Source: an uncultured bacterium (lineage in GTDB: Bacteria > Hydrothermota > UBA3073 > NMUJ01). Taken from it: a stretch of DNA of 26,674 nucleotides. Location of the stretch: positions 1-26,674 of the forward strand of contig CBFDTI010000010.1 of assembly GCA_965612795.1 (NCBI GenBank), read 5' to 3'. Of this stretch, positions 1 through 9,193 are shown piece by piece. Position 1 is the first letter of the stretch; every line of letters begins with the position of its first letter. The position numbers were made by a program, and so were the translations under genes. The notes beneath the pieces were generated by a model. The model saw nothing but the letters and a program-made list of their open reading frames with translations. It searched no databases and was not told the DNA's origin.

Positions 1-5
1 CGCAT
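1..5 (-). CDS. Possible 5' end (ATG CG...) of a divergent gene leaving the window
   Basis: CAT at 3-5 on the + strand, with a perfect TTGACA on the - strand at 40-35 and an AT-rich stretch between them. Only 5 nt are visible. Confidence 0.3.
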
Positions 6-87
6 CTTATAGAAAATCAACCAACTCTATCATTTGTCAACTCAGTTCATGGCTATCGATTAACTGATATATGTTAAGGTATCGCAA

Positions 88-115
88 TTGACGTATACCA
101 TGTATTGCGTATTTT
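88..115 (+). promoter_or_regulatory. Putative promoter for the ATPase A-rph-rluD-miaB-GT4 unit
   Basis: TTGACG (88-93), N16, TATTTT (110-115). A leader with a GGAG Shine-Dalgarno-like site precedes ATG 169. Confidence 0.6.
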
Positions 116-168
116 AACAAAAATAAATTATTGAACATATATCTGATCGCTAACAAAGTGGAGCAAAG

Positions 169-2013
169 ATGGAAAAAGCAGGTGAGGTAATAAGAGTAGC
201 AGGTCCGTTAGTAGTAGCTAAGGGTATGGAAGGGTCGCGCATGTACGATGTGGTACGTGTGGGTGAGTTGCGGCTTATAGGTGAGATTGTTGAACTTCAA
301 GGTGATCGTGCCTCCATACAGGTATACGAGGATACAACCGGCGTAGGACCAGGTGACCCTGTTTACCCAACGTTTGCCCCTCTCACAGTGGAGTTAGGTC
401 CTGGACTCATTGGTAATATATACGATGGTGTGCAACGTCCGCTACCTAAGATTATCGAAACCACCAACAGCCCGTATATCCAAAGGGGTATCGACATACC
501 CGCACTCGATCGTACCAGAAAGTGGAAATTCACCCCTTTAAAGAATAAAGGTGACAAGGTAGTAGCTGGTGACATATTGGGTGAGGTACAGGAGACACCG
601 CTTGTGGTACATAAAATATTGGTACCACCCCATATCGAATCCGGTACATTGGTGGAGATCGTCCCCAAAGGCGAGTATTCAGTTGACGACATTATCGCCA
701 GAATCGAAACCCCCGATGGCGATAAGGAGCTCAAACTATACCATAGATGGCCAGTACGTATACCACGACCGTATAAACAGCAATTCAACCCCATCATACC
801 ATTATATACCGGGCAGCGTGTTATAGATACGTTCTTCCCGATAACAAAGGGTGGTACCGCATGTGTTCCTGGACCGTTTGGTTCCGGTAAGACTGTAATA
901 CAGCATCAGCTGGCAAAATGGGCGGACGCCGATATAGTAGTGTTCGTAGGTTGTGGTGAACGTGGCAACGAGATGACCGACATGCTTATAGAATTTGCAC
1001 ACTTAAAAGATCCGCGATCGGGCCGTCCATTGATGGAACGTACTGTGTTGATTGCTAATACTTCCAACATGCCAGTAGCTGCACGTGAAGCTTCGGTATA
1101 TACCGGGGTGACGATTGCTGAGTATTTTCGTGATATGGGTTACAATGTAGCGTTGATGGCGGATTCTACTTCAAGATGGGCGGAAGCCATGCGTGAGATA
1201 TCTGGTAGGCTTGAGGAGATGCCCGGTGAGGAGGGCTATCCCGCATACCTTGCAACCCGAGTAGCTGAGTTCTACGAGCGTGCGGGTTGGGTTGAAACAC
1301 TTGGTTCAGACAACCGGAAAGGCGCTGTATCCATTATAGGGTCGGTATCACCACCAGGTGGTGACCTTTCCGATCCCGTTGTACAGGCAACGTTGAGGGT
1401 GACGAAAGTGTTCTGGAGCCTCGAAGAGGCGCTCGCACAGGCACGTCACTTCCCCGCAATCAGTTGGCTCAGAAGTTATTCACTCTACTGGCGTAATATA
1501 GAGGGGTGGGTGAAACAGAACATAGGTGAAGATTTCCCCAACCTCATGCGTGAAGCCATGCGCATATTGGAGAAAGAGGCTGAACTACAGGAGATAGTGC
1601 GGTTGGTCGGCTATGAGGGGTTGTCATATCTCGATATATTCCTGTTGGAAGTGGCACGCTCCCTGCGTGAGGATTTCCTCTACCAGAACGCATTCGACCC
1701 TGTGGATACATATTGCTCACCTAAGAAACAGTACCATATGCTACAGATCATACTCAAACCTTACTATATCTTTCGTACAAGTTGGGATACGTTTATCGCC
1801 GAACGTGGTGCAGGCTGGCGTAGTGTGGTGACACCTACCGAGTTTGTAACCTTTGTACATAACTTAGAGTTTTGGCAGGATCTCGCCAAGCTGAGATTTA
1901 TGGAGGATGACGAGATTATGAAATCCATGGATACTATTATTAACAAGATAACCACTGAGATCAACGATAAAGTCTTCCCTTACCTTGCAGGTACAACGTT
2001 AGAGGTGAAATGA
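169..2013 (+). CDS. atpA: V/A-type ATP synthase catalytic subunit A
   Basis: N-terminal GPLVVA...VRVGELRLIGE, Walker A GPFGSGKT, GCGERGNEM, ANTSNMPVAAREAS, ADSTSRWAEA, EMPGEEGYPAYL and SPPGGDLSDPV. Contains the non-homologous region typical of V/A-type A subunits (also called ntpA). Confidence 0.97.
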   Translation: MEKAGEVIRVAGPLVVAKGMEGSRMYDVVRVGELRLIGEIVELQGDRASIQVYEDTTGVGPGDPVYPTFAPLTVELGPGLIGNIYDGVQRPLPKIIETTNSPYIQRGIDIPALDRTRKWKFTPLKNKGDKVVAGDILGEVQETPLVVHKILVPPHIESGTLVEIVPKGEYSVDDIIARIETPDGDKELKLYHRWPVRIPRPYKQQFNPIIPLYTGQRVIDTFFPITKGGTACVPGPFGSGKTVIQHQLAKWADADIVVFVGCGERGNEMTDMLIEFAHLKDPRSGRPLMERTVLIANTSNMPVAAREASVYTGVTIAEYFRDMGYNVALMADSTSRWAEAMREISGRLEEMPGEEGYPAYLATRVAEFYERAGWVETLGSDNRKGAVSIIGSVSPPGGDLSDPVVQATLRVTKVFWSLEEALAQARHFPAISWLRSYSLYWRNIEGWVKQNIGEDFPNLMREAMRILEKEAELQEIVRLVGYEGLSYLDIFLLEVARSLREDFLYQNAFDPVDTYCSPKKQYHMLQIILKPYYIFRTSWDTFIAERGAGWRSVVTPTEFVTFVHNLEFWQDLAKLRFMEDDEIMKSMDTIINKITTEINDKVFPYLAGTTLEVK

Positions 2014-2723
2014 GGCGTACACAACGTGCAGCTGACGAGTTACGCCCTATATCCATAACCATGGACTACCTCGATAATACTGAAGGCTCGGTATTCTTTC
2101 AACTGGGTAACACCATGTGTATAGCGACTGCTACACTGACAACTGATACACCTGCATTCGCACGTAACGAGGGTATCGGTTGGATATTTGCCGAGTATGG
2201 GATGTTACCACGTAGTGTGGACGAACGTATACCACGTACCCGCATAACAGGTAGGGCGATGGAGATACAGCGGTTCATAGGTAGAGCATTAAGGGCAGCA
2301 GCCGACCTATCTTTACTCAAGGGGTACAGTGTTACGATAGACTGTGACGTTATACGTGCGGATGGTAGCACCCGCTGTGCTTGTGTGAATGCTGGCTTCC
2401 TTGCACTATATCGGGCGATGCAATACGCGGTAGCACAGGGGTTGGTACCACAGAATCCTATCAAATGTTTTATAGCAGCAGTGAGTGTGGGGTTGGTAGA
2501 TGGTGAATATTTGCTCGACCTTGACTATGCAGAAGATTACAATGCGGCAGTGGATTTCAACCTTGTACTTAATGAAAAATATGAATTGGTAGAAGTTCAG
2601 GGTACTGCCGAAAAGTCAGCGTTTACATTTGACGATATGACACAGTTTTACGAGCTTGCCAAGATAGGGGTGGGCCAACTTATCACCGAGATGCGACGTG
2701 CACTCTTCCCGCAAGCTACATAG
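2010..2723 (+). CDS. rph: Ribonuclease PH (phosphorolytic tRNA 3' exonuclease)
   Basis: DELRPISI, EGSV, GW..AEYGMLPRS, GR..EIQRFIGRALRA, DCDV..ADGSTR, LDLDYAED and EVQGTAE. ATGA overlap with the upstream stop. Confidence 0.93.
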   Translation: MRRTQRAADELRPISITMDYLDNTEGSVFFQLGNTMCIATATLTTDTPAFARNEGIGWIFAEYGMLPRSVDERIPRTRITGRAMEIQRFIGRALRAAADLSLLKGYSVTIDCDVIRADGSTRCACVNAGFLALYRAMQYAVAQGLVPQNPIKCFIAAVSVGLVDGEYLLDLDYAEDYNAAVDFNLVLNEKYELVEVQGTAEKSAFTFDDMTQFYELAKIGVGQLITEMRRALFPQAT

Positions 2724-2726
2724 TTT

Positions 2727-3677
2727 ATGGAGATAATTTTTGAGCGTACGGTACGTGTAACCGACGGGATACGACTTGATAAGTATTTATATGAATCAGG
2801 TATTGGGCTATCACGTACCGCGATACAGAAGTTGATCAAGGAAGGTAAGGTACTGGTAAACGATAAACCCACGAAACCGCATAGGATATTACGGCCAGGT
2901 GATAGAGTAATTGTCAAGTATACCAAACCTGAACGTCGGATGTTGAAACCCTTCCCTATGCCGTTGGAAATAGTCTACGAAGATGATGCGTTAATCATTA
3001 TCAACAAACCCGCAGGTATAGTGACACATCCCGCACCCGGTAACCTTGACGAAACCCTCGTCAGTGGTGTGTTATACCACACGAAAGTGGAGGGTGGTGA
3101 ACCGTATCGACCTGGTGTGATACATCGGTTGGATAAAGACACGACAGGGTTGATAATATTTGCGAAAACCGCAGCTACCCACAGTAAGCTAGCGGAGATG
3201 ATGGCCAGCCGTGAGATACACCGATATTACCTCGCATTCGTATGGGGACGCTTACCCATGGAACATGGTACAATAGATGCACCTATAGGGCGGCACGTGA
3301 TCGATTCACAACGTATGGCGGTAACGCCGATAAATTCACGTGACGCTATAACGCATTTCAAGGTACTACGGTATTATAGATGGGCTACACTTGTGGAGTT
3401 GCAACTGGAGACTGGCAGGACACACCAGATACGTGTGCATATGGAGCATATAGGGTATCCGGTGATCGGTGACCCACTCTACAGTGGACGTAAGCGGCCA
3501 CCTAACCTGAACACGGATATATTCGATAGAATCATGGAGATCATGTCACGTCAGGCACTACACGCGTATAGGTTGGAGTTCATCCACCCCATAACCGGTA
3601 AGCCGATGGAGTTCGAAATACCGATGCCAGACGATATGCGTAGATTACGTGAATACTTAGAGACGTTAGATGAGTAA
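2727..3677 (+). CDS. rluD: RluA/RluD-family 23S rRNA pseudouridine synthase with S4 domain
   Basis: S4 domain (RLDKYL...SRTAIQKLIKEGKVLVN), NKPAGIVTHP, catalytic HRLDKDTTG, LETGRTHQIRVH, GDPLY and RQALHA. Confidence 0.92.
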   Translation: MEIIFERTVRVTDGIRLDKYLYESGIGLSRTAIQKLIKEGKVLVNDKPTKPHRILRPGDRVIVKYTKPERRMLKPFPMPLEIVYEDDALIIINKPAGIVTHPAPGNLDETLVSGVLYHTKVEGGEPYRPGVIHRLDKDTTGLIIFAKTAATHSKLAEMMASREIHRYYLAFVWGRLPMEHGTIDAPIGRHVIDSQRMAVTPINSRDAITHFKVLRYYRWATLVELQLETGRTHQIRVHMEHIGYPVIGDPLYSGRKRPPNLNTDIFDRIMEIMSRQALHAYRLEFIHPITGKPMEFEIPMPDDMRRLREYLETLDE

Positions 3678-4944
3678 GCGGTTCCATATCATCACATATG
3701 GGTGTCAGATGAATGTGTACGATTCACGTGTAGTGGCTGAGATATTACGTAGACAGGGGTGGGAAGAGGTCGATTCACCTGAGGTTGCTGATGTGATCAT
3801 GGTTAACACTTGTACCGTACGTGCACATGCGGAACGACGTGCATTGGGTAGGCTTAGGGTGTTGGTTGGCCTGAAGAAGCAACGCCCAGTGAAGGTAGGT
3901 GTGTTGGGTTGCATGGCGCAACATCTGAAGGAGAAAGTATTCGAACTTGTGCCGGGGTTGGATTTCGCGGTCGGACCAGACGGCTACGAACGGTTGCCTG
4001 AGCTTATCGAGGCTGGTGGTGCATATTTTCCGCCACTTACACGTTTGTATACAGGGGTACATCCACAACCTGATCGCCCATACTCTGCGTTTGTCACCAT
4101 CATGCGTGGTTGTGATAGCTTCTGCACGTATTGTATAGTGCCATATGTACGGGGTAGGGTGAGATCACGTCCGGTTAATGACATATTGGAGGAAATACAG
4201 GGGTTATTGGATCGCGGTATAAAGGAGATTATACTCATAGGGCAAAACGTGAACCTATATAATTACGATGGGATAGATTTTACGGAGCTACTCGATAAAG
4301 TAGCTGATATGGGGATCGAGAGGATAGGGTTCTTAACGTCGCATCCAAAGTATTTCGATATGCGGTTGATTGAGGTGATCGCAAGCCATCCCAACATCAT
4401 ACGTGAGTTACACCTACCTGTACAGGCGGGGTCGAATAAAATTCTGCACAGGATGAACCGCGGCTACACAGGGGAGGAATATCTCGCACTTATTGATAGA
4501 ATACGTGAAGCTATACCAGATGTGGCATTAACCACCGATATTATGGTGGGATTTCCGGGTGAAACCGAAGCCGATTTCGAAGCTACACTCGATCTCGTTA
4601 AACGCGTACGTTTCCACTACGCATATATGTTCAAGTACTCAATGCGTCCCGGTACTGTTGCAAGTAAGTGGCAGGATGATGTACCGGAGACGGAGAAATT
4701 GCGCAGGTTACGCGAACTTATACAGCTACAGAATAGCATAACACGTGAACGGCGGTTGGAGATGATCGACAACACTTATGAGGTGCTGGTTGAACGTAAA
4801 TCCAGGAAGGGTGATGAATATTTCGGACGTACGATACAGAACATACCTGTGGTTATAGACGGTGACGTGCAACCCGGCAATACGGTTAGGGTGAAGATTA
4901 TTAAGCTGGTAGGTTGTACCCCATATGGTGTTGTATCTGGTTGA
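3670..4944 (+). CDS. miaB: tRNA i6A37 methylthiotransferase MiaB (radical SAM)
   Basis: UPF0004 domain (GCQMN, NTCTVR, GCMAQ), CxxxCxxC (GCDSFCTYC), IVPYVRG, GQNVN, HLPVQAGS, VGFPGET and a C-terminal TRAM domain. Confidence 0.92.
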   Translation: MSKRFHIITYGCQMNVYDSRVVAEILRRQGWEEVDSPEVADVIMVNTCTVRAHAERRALGRLRVLVGLKKQRPVKVGVLGCMAQHLKEKVFELVPGLDFAVGPDGYERLPELIEAGGAYFPPLTRLYTGVHPQPDRPYSAFVTIMRGCDSFCTYCIVPYVRGRVRSRPVNDILEEIQGLLDRGIKEIILIGQNVNLYNYDGIDFTELLDKVADMGIERIGFLTSHPKYFDMRLIEVIASHPNIIRELHLPVQAGSNKILHRMNRGYTGEEYLALIDRIREAIPDVALTTDIMVGFPGETEADFEATLDLVKRVRFHYAYMFKYSMRPGTVASKWQDDVPETEKLRRLRELIQLQNSITRERRLEMIDNTYEVLVERKSRKGDEYFGRTIQNIPVVIDGDVQPGNTVRVKIIKLVGCTPYGVVSG

Positions 4945-6049
4945 CCCACGTAATACAACCAAACCGTACAATTTTGAGCTAATGTGGGGGTTACGACGTA
5001 ACGGGTATCCGTTCGTGTTCATTGGGTACGTACCTAAGTGGTGGGGTAAGTATTCGCCGGTCAAAGAGGTTAACCCATTTCTACCTATAAGTCGTGGTGT
5101 GTTCGAAAATAAACATATCCAGTATATGATAGCCAATATTACGCAATCGATGGAGATGTTCTTTGGGTATTTGAGGTTTATGCCGAGCTTAAAAGAAGAT
5201 GATGTGATACACTTTCTGTGGTTTACGAGCCCATCGATCGAAACACATATCGTGCCACGTGTTAGCTGGCGTGTTGGTAAACTTGTACATACTGCACATA
5301 ATCTGTTACCCCATAGGGAACGTAAGGGCGATATCAAGCTATTCAGTAACCTCTATCGATATATGGATACAGTCATTGTACATGCGGAAGCTACACGTGA
5401 TGAGTTTCATGAAATGTTCGGCACCAACACGCAGGTAGTCGTCATACCGCACGGCAATCTTGAAAATTTCTACAATACGTTTGATGAAACGGATTACCAA
5501 CAGTCGAAACGGTTTTATGAACAGCGGTTGGGTAAGCTAACCCGTCCAATATTTCTGTTTATGGGACCGATCAAGCGTTACAAAGGGTTTGAGGTACTTA
5601 TGAAGGCGGTAGATGTATTGAACCAAAAGGGGTTACAGTTCAGTGTAGTAGTAAAGGATAAGCCACGTAAGGTTATACCTAAGCTCCACTATCTGGCAGC
5701 CGAGCTACCGTATTCGCATGTTGGGTTGATATACCGGTACGTAGATGTGGTGGTATTACCACACACGAGGATATCACAGAGTGTGACATTGTTTGAAGCT
5801 GGCTATTTCAGCAAACCCGTAATCGTATCGCGTGTGGGTGGACTACCTGAAGTCGTACGCGACGGTATGGATGGGTTTGTTTTTGACAAAAATGACCACT
5901 TGCAGCTTGCGGATAGGATGGAGCACTTCATAAGGCAACCAGATATGATAAAGCTGATGGGTGAAAGCTTCAAATCACACCTAATAAAAAATTATGGTTG
6001 GGACGCAATCATCGACAAGTATGTCAGGATTTATGGGTTAACACACTAA
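4925..6049 (+). CDS. Glycosyltransferase, GT-B fold, family 4-like
   Basis: VHTAHNLLPH, VIPHG, LFMGPIKRYKG, VVVLP..SQS...EA...KPVIVSRVGGLPEVV and DGFVF. Overlaps miaB by 20 nt. Confidence 0.85.
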   Translation: MVLYLVDPRNTTKPYNFELMWGLRRNGYPFVFIGYVPKWWGKYSPVKEVNPFLPISRGVFENKHIQYMIANITQSMEMFFGYLRFMPSLKEDDVIHFLWFTSPSIETHIVPRVSWRVGKLVHTAHNLLPHRERKGDIKLFSNLYRYMDTVIVHAEATRDEFHEMFGTNTQVVVIPHGNLENFYNTFDETDYQQSKRFYEQRLGKLTRPIFLFMGPIKRYKGFEVLMKAVDVLNQKGLQFSVVVKDKPRKVIPKLHYLAAELPYSHVGLIYRYVDVVVLPHTRISQSVTLFEAGYFSKPVIVSRVGGLPEVVRDGMDGFVFDKNDHLQLADRMEHFIRQPDMIKLMGESFKSHLIKNYGWDAIIDKYVRIYGLTH

Positions 6050-7773
6050 TCGCTCGAACTGGGCTTTATTGCACCTACCTTGCATACCTGTTTGCACAGA
6101 TCGCATCCGTAACAGAGAAGTGTATCAATACGTACTTTAGCATCGGTTGGCACAATAGCGGGACAACCGAGTTCAAGGCATAGCCTACAGCCGATACATT
6201 TGGATGTATCTACCTCATATGGTGGTTTCCTTGGTGCCAGGAATATACATGGTGCACGTACGACGATGAGTGATGGTCCATCATATGAGGTTGCTTTCTG
6301 TAATGCGGATTTGATCGCATCCAAGTCGTATGCATCCACCACGTGTATGTCGTCTATACCCATTGCGCGTGCGATATCTTCTGGCATTATAGATTTTGTC
6401 TGTTCACCCATGAGTGTCCTACCAGTACCGGGATGATCTTGATGCCCTGTCATCGCAGTCGTACGGTTGTCGAGTACAACAACTGTGGCTTTGCCCTTGT
6501 TGTAGACCACATCCATGAGCTCAGGTACCCCTGTGTGTAAGAATGTGGAGTCACCAATCACTGCAACCGTTTTTCGTGCAAGCTCGGGTATGGCTTTCTC
6601 CATACCTAATGCGTTACCGATGCTTGCACCCATACAGACACAGGTATCCATGGCATCCAGTGGTGGGAACGCACCCAATGTGTAACACCCTATATCACCC
6701 GTAGCGTAGAGGTTAAGCTTATGTACCATGTAGAAGAAACCGCGATGCGGGCATCCAGGACATAGTACTGGTGGGCGTGGCGGTAGAGCGTCGAACATAA
6801 CATACTCTTTCTTATCTCTGTTGAAAGCTTCACGCAATACGGTGGGGTTGAGTTCACCGATGTTGGGTAGCAATTCCTTACCTATGACATTGATACCCAT
6901 GGCACGTATTTCGGTCTCCAGGAAGGGATCACACTCTTCGATCACATAGATCTTTTTCACCATGTTTGCAAACTCACGTATCAGCTGTCGAGGTAACGGC
7001 CATGTGAGTGATAGCTTCAAAAACGTAGCTTCTGGTAATACCTCCTTTGCATACATGTACGCGACACCGCTGGCGATGATGCCGATCTCTGTATCCCCCT
7101 TCTCTATGCGATTGTATTCGAACACGTTGGCAAACTCCTCCACCTTACGTAACCGTTCTTCAAGATATAGCCTGCGACGTCTGGCGTTCACAGGTAAAAG
7201 GTTACGTTTCGGCATATCCTTGATGTAACCGGTGGGTGAATGTTCTTCACGCCCATTGAGCTCAACAATACTTCGTGAATGTGCTATCCTTGTGGTGATA
7301 CGTAACAGGACGGGTAGGTCGAACTTCTCACTTAGGTCAAACCCTATTTTGACAAACTCCTTGGCTTCTTGGCTGTCGGAAGGTTCAAGCATCAACAACT
7401 TAGCTGCACGTGCGTAGTTGCGATTATCCTGTTCGTTCTGCGATGAGTGCATGCTGGGGTCGTCCGCCGTTACTATTATAAGGCCACCCGTTGTCCCTAT
7501 GTATGCAGCAGAAAACAGTGGATCAGCTGCTACGTTAAGCCCTACGTGCTTCATTGCTACCAATGCACGTGCACCCGCAAACGATGCACCCATAGCGACA
7601 TCGAGTGCCACCTTTTCGTTGGTCGACCATTCACAATAGATTTCGGGATACTTGGCGATATTCTCCAAAATCTCAGTACTGGGGGTACCTGGATATGCGC
7701 ACGCTACGAGACAACCACCTTCGTATGCACCACGTGCAATAGCTTCGTTACCGGAGAGCAACGCTTTCGCCAT
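6046..7773 (-). CDS. iorA: Indolepyruvate:ferredoxin oxidoreductase alpha subunit
   Basis: LSGNEAIARG, YPGTPSTE, NEKVA, MKHVGLNVAAD, DDPSMHSSQNEQD, RPPVLCPGCPHR, GDIGCYTLG, IGDSTFLH, DNRTTAMTGHQ and a C-terminal 2x[4Fe-4S] domain. Confidence 0.95.
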   Translation of the reverse strand: MAKALLSGNEAIARGAYEGGCLVACAYPGTPSTEILENIAKYPEIYCEWSTNEKVALDVAMGASFAGARALVAMKHVGLNVAADPLFSAAYIGTTGGLIIVTADDPSMHSSQNEQDNRNYARAAKLLMLEPSDSQEAKEFVKIGFDLSEKFDLPVLLRITTRIAHSRSIVELNGREEHSPTGYIKDMPKRNLLPVNARRRRLYLEERLRKVEEFANVFEYNRIEKGDTEIGIIASGVAYMYAKEVLPEATFLKLSLTWPLPRQLIREFANMVKKIYVIEECDPFLETEIRAMGINVIGKELLPNIGELNPTVLREAFNRDKKEYVMFDALPPRPPVLCPGCPHRGFFYMVHKLNLYATGDIGCYTLGAFPPLDAMDTCVCMGASIGNALGMEKAIPELARKTVAVIGDSTFLHTGVPELMDVVYNKGKATVVVLDNRTTAMTGHQDHPGTGRTLMGEQTKSIMPEDIARAMGIDDIHVVDAYDLDAIKSALQKATSYDGPSLIVVRAPCIFLAPRKPPYEVDTSKCIGCRLCLELGCPAIVPTDAKVRIDTLLCYGCDLCKQVCKVGAIKPSSSD

Positions 7774-7778
7774 AGTGT

Positions 7779-7806
7779 AAAATAACTATCGCAGGCAAAT
7801 ACACAA
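7779..7806 (-). promoter_or_regulatory. Putative leaderless promoter of iorA
   Basis: Minus strand reads TTGTGT, N16, TATTTT, ACACT, ATG. The TTG is 33 nt before the ATG and there is no SD. Confidence 0.55.
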
Positions 7807-7817
7807 CCCCGATACAC

Positions 7818-7860
7818 TTATGTAAAGCATAATTTACATAATGTTAAGTTTACTTGACAT
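7818..7860. promoter_or_regulatory. Two tandem 20-bp palindromic operators, probably for XRE autoregulation
   Basis: ATGTAAAGCATAATTTACAT (7820-7839; perfect 9-bp arms TTATGTAAA/TTTACATAA across 7818-7841) and ATGTTAAGTTTACTTGACAT (7841-7860). The second covers the TTGACA. Confidence 0.75.
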
Positions 7861-7880
7861 AATGAGGTATTCGGTATATT
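7854..7880 (+). promoter_or_regulatory. Putative leaderless promoter of the XRE operon
   Basis: TTGACA (7854-7859), N15, TATATT (7875-7880), N6, ATG (7887). Confidence 0.7.
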
Positions 7881-7886
7881 GTCATG

Positions 7887-8096
7887 ATGAAGCTTATATG
7901 TCATCTACGTAGGGTGAGGTTTTTGCATGGTGAGGTGACGCAGCAGCAGCTTGCGCAGGCTGTTGGTGTATCACGTCAAACGATAATCGCTATTGAGAAA
8001 GGCAAGTATACGCCATCGGTTTTACTTGCATTGAAGATAGCGAAATATTTTGGTCTTAAGGTAGAGGATATTTTTGAGCTGAAGGAGGACCCATGA
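7887..8096 (+). CDS. Small XRE/Cro-family helix-turn-helix transcriptional regulator
   Basis: TQQQLAQAVGVSRQTIIAIEKGKYTPSVLLALKIAKYF..VEDIF is the typical ~65-70 aa XRE signature. The second ATG of ATGATG (7887) fits the promoter geometry; 7884 is the alternative. Confidence 0.92.
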   Translation: MKLICHLRRVRFLHGEVTQQQLAQAVGVSRQTIIAIEKGKYTPSVLLALKIAKYFGLKVEDIFELKEDP

Positions 8097-8746
8097 AGTT
8101 ATTGGCATTGATACTATCCATACTCACTGTAGGGTTTGTGCTTTTGGCTTTGGTTTCGCCTTGGTTTTTGCTTGCTGCGCTCGTAACTGGCCTGATCTTA
8201 CCGGTTTTGCGTTTCGCTGGTGTAGTAAGGGATCAAGACGAGATGCACCGCTATGTGGATTACAGGTCATCACATATTGCGTATTACTTAATGTTGTCGA
8301 TCGCTATAATTACACTCATGTTGACAACCCTATCCAGGCATGAGGTCTCTCCCGAACTTACCCTGCTGATCCTCGTACCCCTGATCACAAAGTTTTACCT
8401 CCAATCCATACCCACCCGTAACCTTGCACGTACCGGTATTTACTTAGGCTCAATAGTCGGTGGTGCCTGGCTACTATTCGCTATATTATCGCATGGATTT
8501 ACCATCGAAGGGGTGATCGAGTCTTCCATCGGCTTAAGCTTACTGTTATTTTCGTTGCTTGGGTTACGTTATCGGCTCATCTCCGCCAGCTTGTTGATAG
8601 CGATGGGTTTGGTAGCTACGTGGTTCGTACTGCGATCACATATCTTAACCGTCACTAAGCTGCTTGTGGGGTTATTCCTGCCACTACCTGCATTTGTTGC
8701 AGGTACCAGCTTGTTAATTTCTAAATTCAAGGAGGAAATCCCATGA
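8093..8746 (+). CDS. Multi-pass membrane protein with a DUF2178-like DE motif
   Basis: About 7-8 hydrophobic segments and a loop reading RDQDEMHRYVDYRSSHIAY. Strong SD (AAGGAGG) and ATGA overlap with the XRE gene. Confidence 0.75.
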   Translation: MKLLALILSILTVGFVLLALVSPWFLLAALVTGLILPVLRFAGVVRDQDEMHRYVDYRSSHIAYYLMLSIAIITLMLTTLSRHEVSPELTLLILVPLITKFYLQSIPTRNLARTGIYLGSIVGGAWLLFAILSHGFTIEGVIESSIGLSLLLFSLLGLRYRLISASLLIAMGLVATWFVLRSHILTVTKLLVGLFLPLPAFVAGTSLLISKFKEEIP

Positions 8747-9177
8747 TACAGCTAACCCTGATTTCATCCTTATGGTTAGGTGTACGTATCACTATAACGG
8801 GTGCGATAATACCATCACTCGTGATAGCAGTTGACCATACCGAATACGTAAGTACCAGTGTATCGGTGGGCGGTTTCCCCATATCTCACGGTTTATTACT
8901 ACGTAGTGAGGTTGACATCCGTTACACCGCTGTAGCGGAAGCATTAACTCCACTGTTTTCAACTGGGTTTGGGTTCATGTCAACCCTCGGGAGCGATGAT
9001 TCCAAAACCATCGTCGATATACATCCAAGGTTGGGCCTCCTCTACCGTGGTCTATCCGGTCGCCTGCTATCGTTTGATTGCGAACTTTTATGGTTTCCAC
9101 CTTATTTAAATCGCACGAAACTCAACCGTCCATTCGCTCCCGCCATTAACACCGAGTTCCTCTATAAGTTGCGGTGA
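8743..9177 (+). CDS. Hypothetical protein, possibly a small exported beta-barrel
   Basis: SD AAGGAGG and ATGA overlap. Short hydrophobic N-terminus, alternating beta-strand-like segments and a C-terminal EFLYKLR. Confidence 0.6.
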   Translation: MIQLTLISSLWLGVRITITGAIIPSLVIAVDHTEYVSTSVSVGGFPISHGLLLRSEVDIRYTAVAEALTPLFSTGFGFMSTLGSDDSKTIVDIHPRLGLLYRGLSGRLLSFDCELLWFPPYLNRTKLNRPFAPAINTEFLYKLR

Positions 9178-9193
9178 ACACCCCGATGATAGC

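Noticed and set aside
60..109. Short inverted repeats TTAAC-N8-GTTAA (60-77) and CGCAAT-N15-ATTGCG (83-109) upstream of ATPase A
   Set aside because: Arms of only 5-6 bp in AT-rich DNA, with no second copy noticed. They could be operators but cannot be supported.
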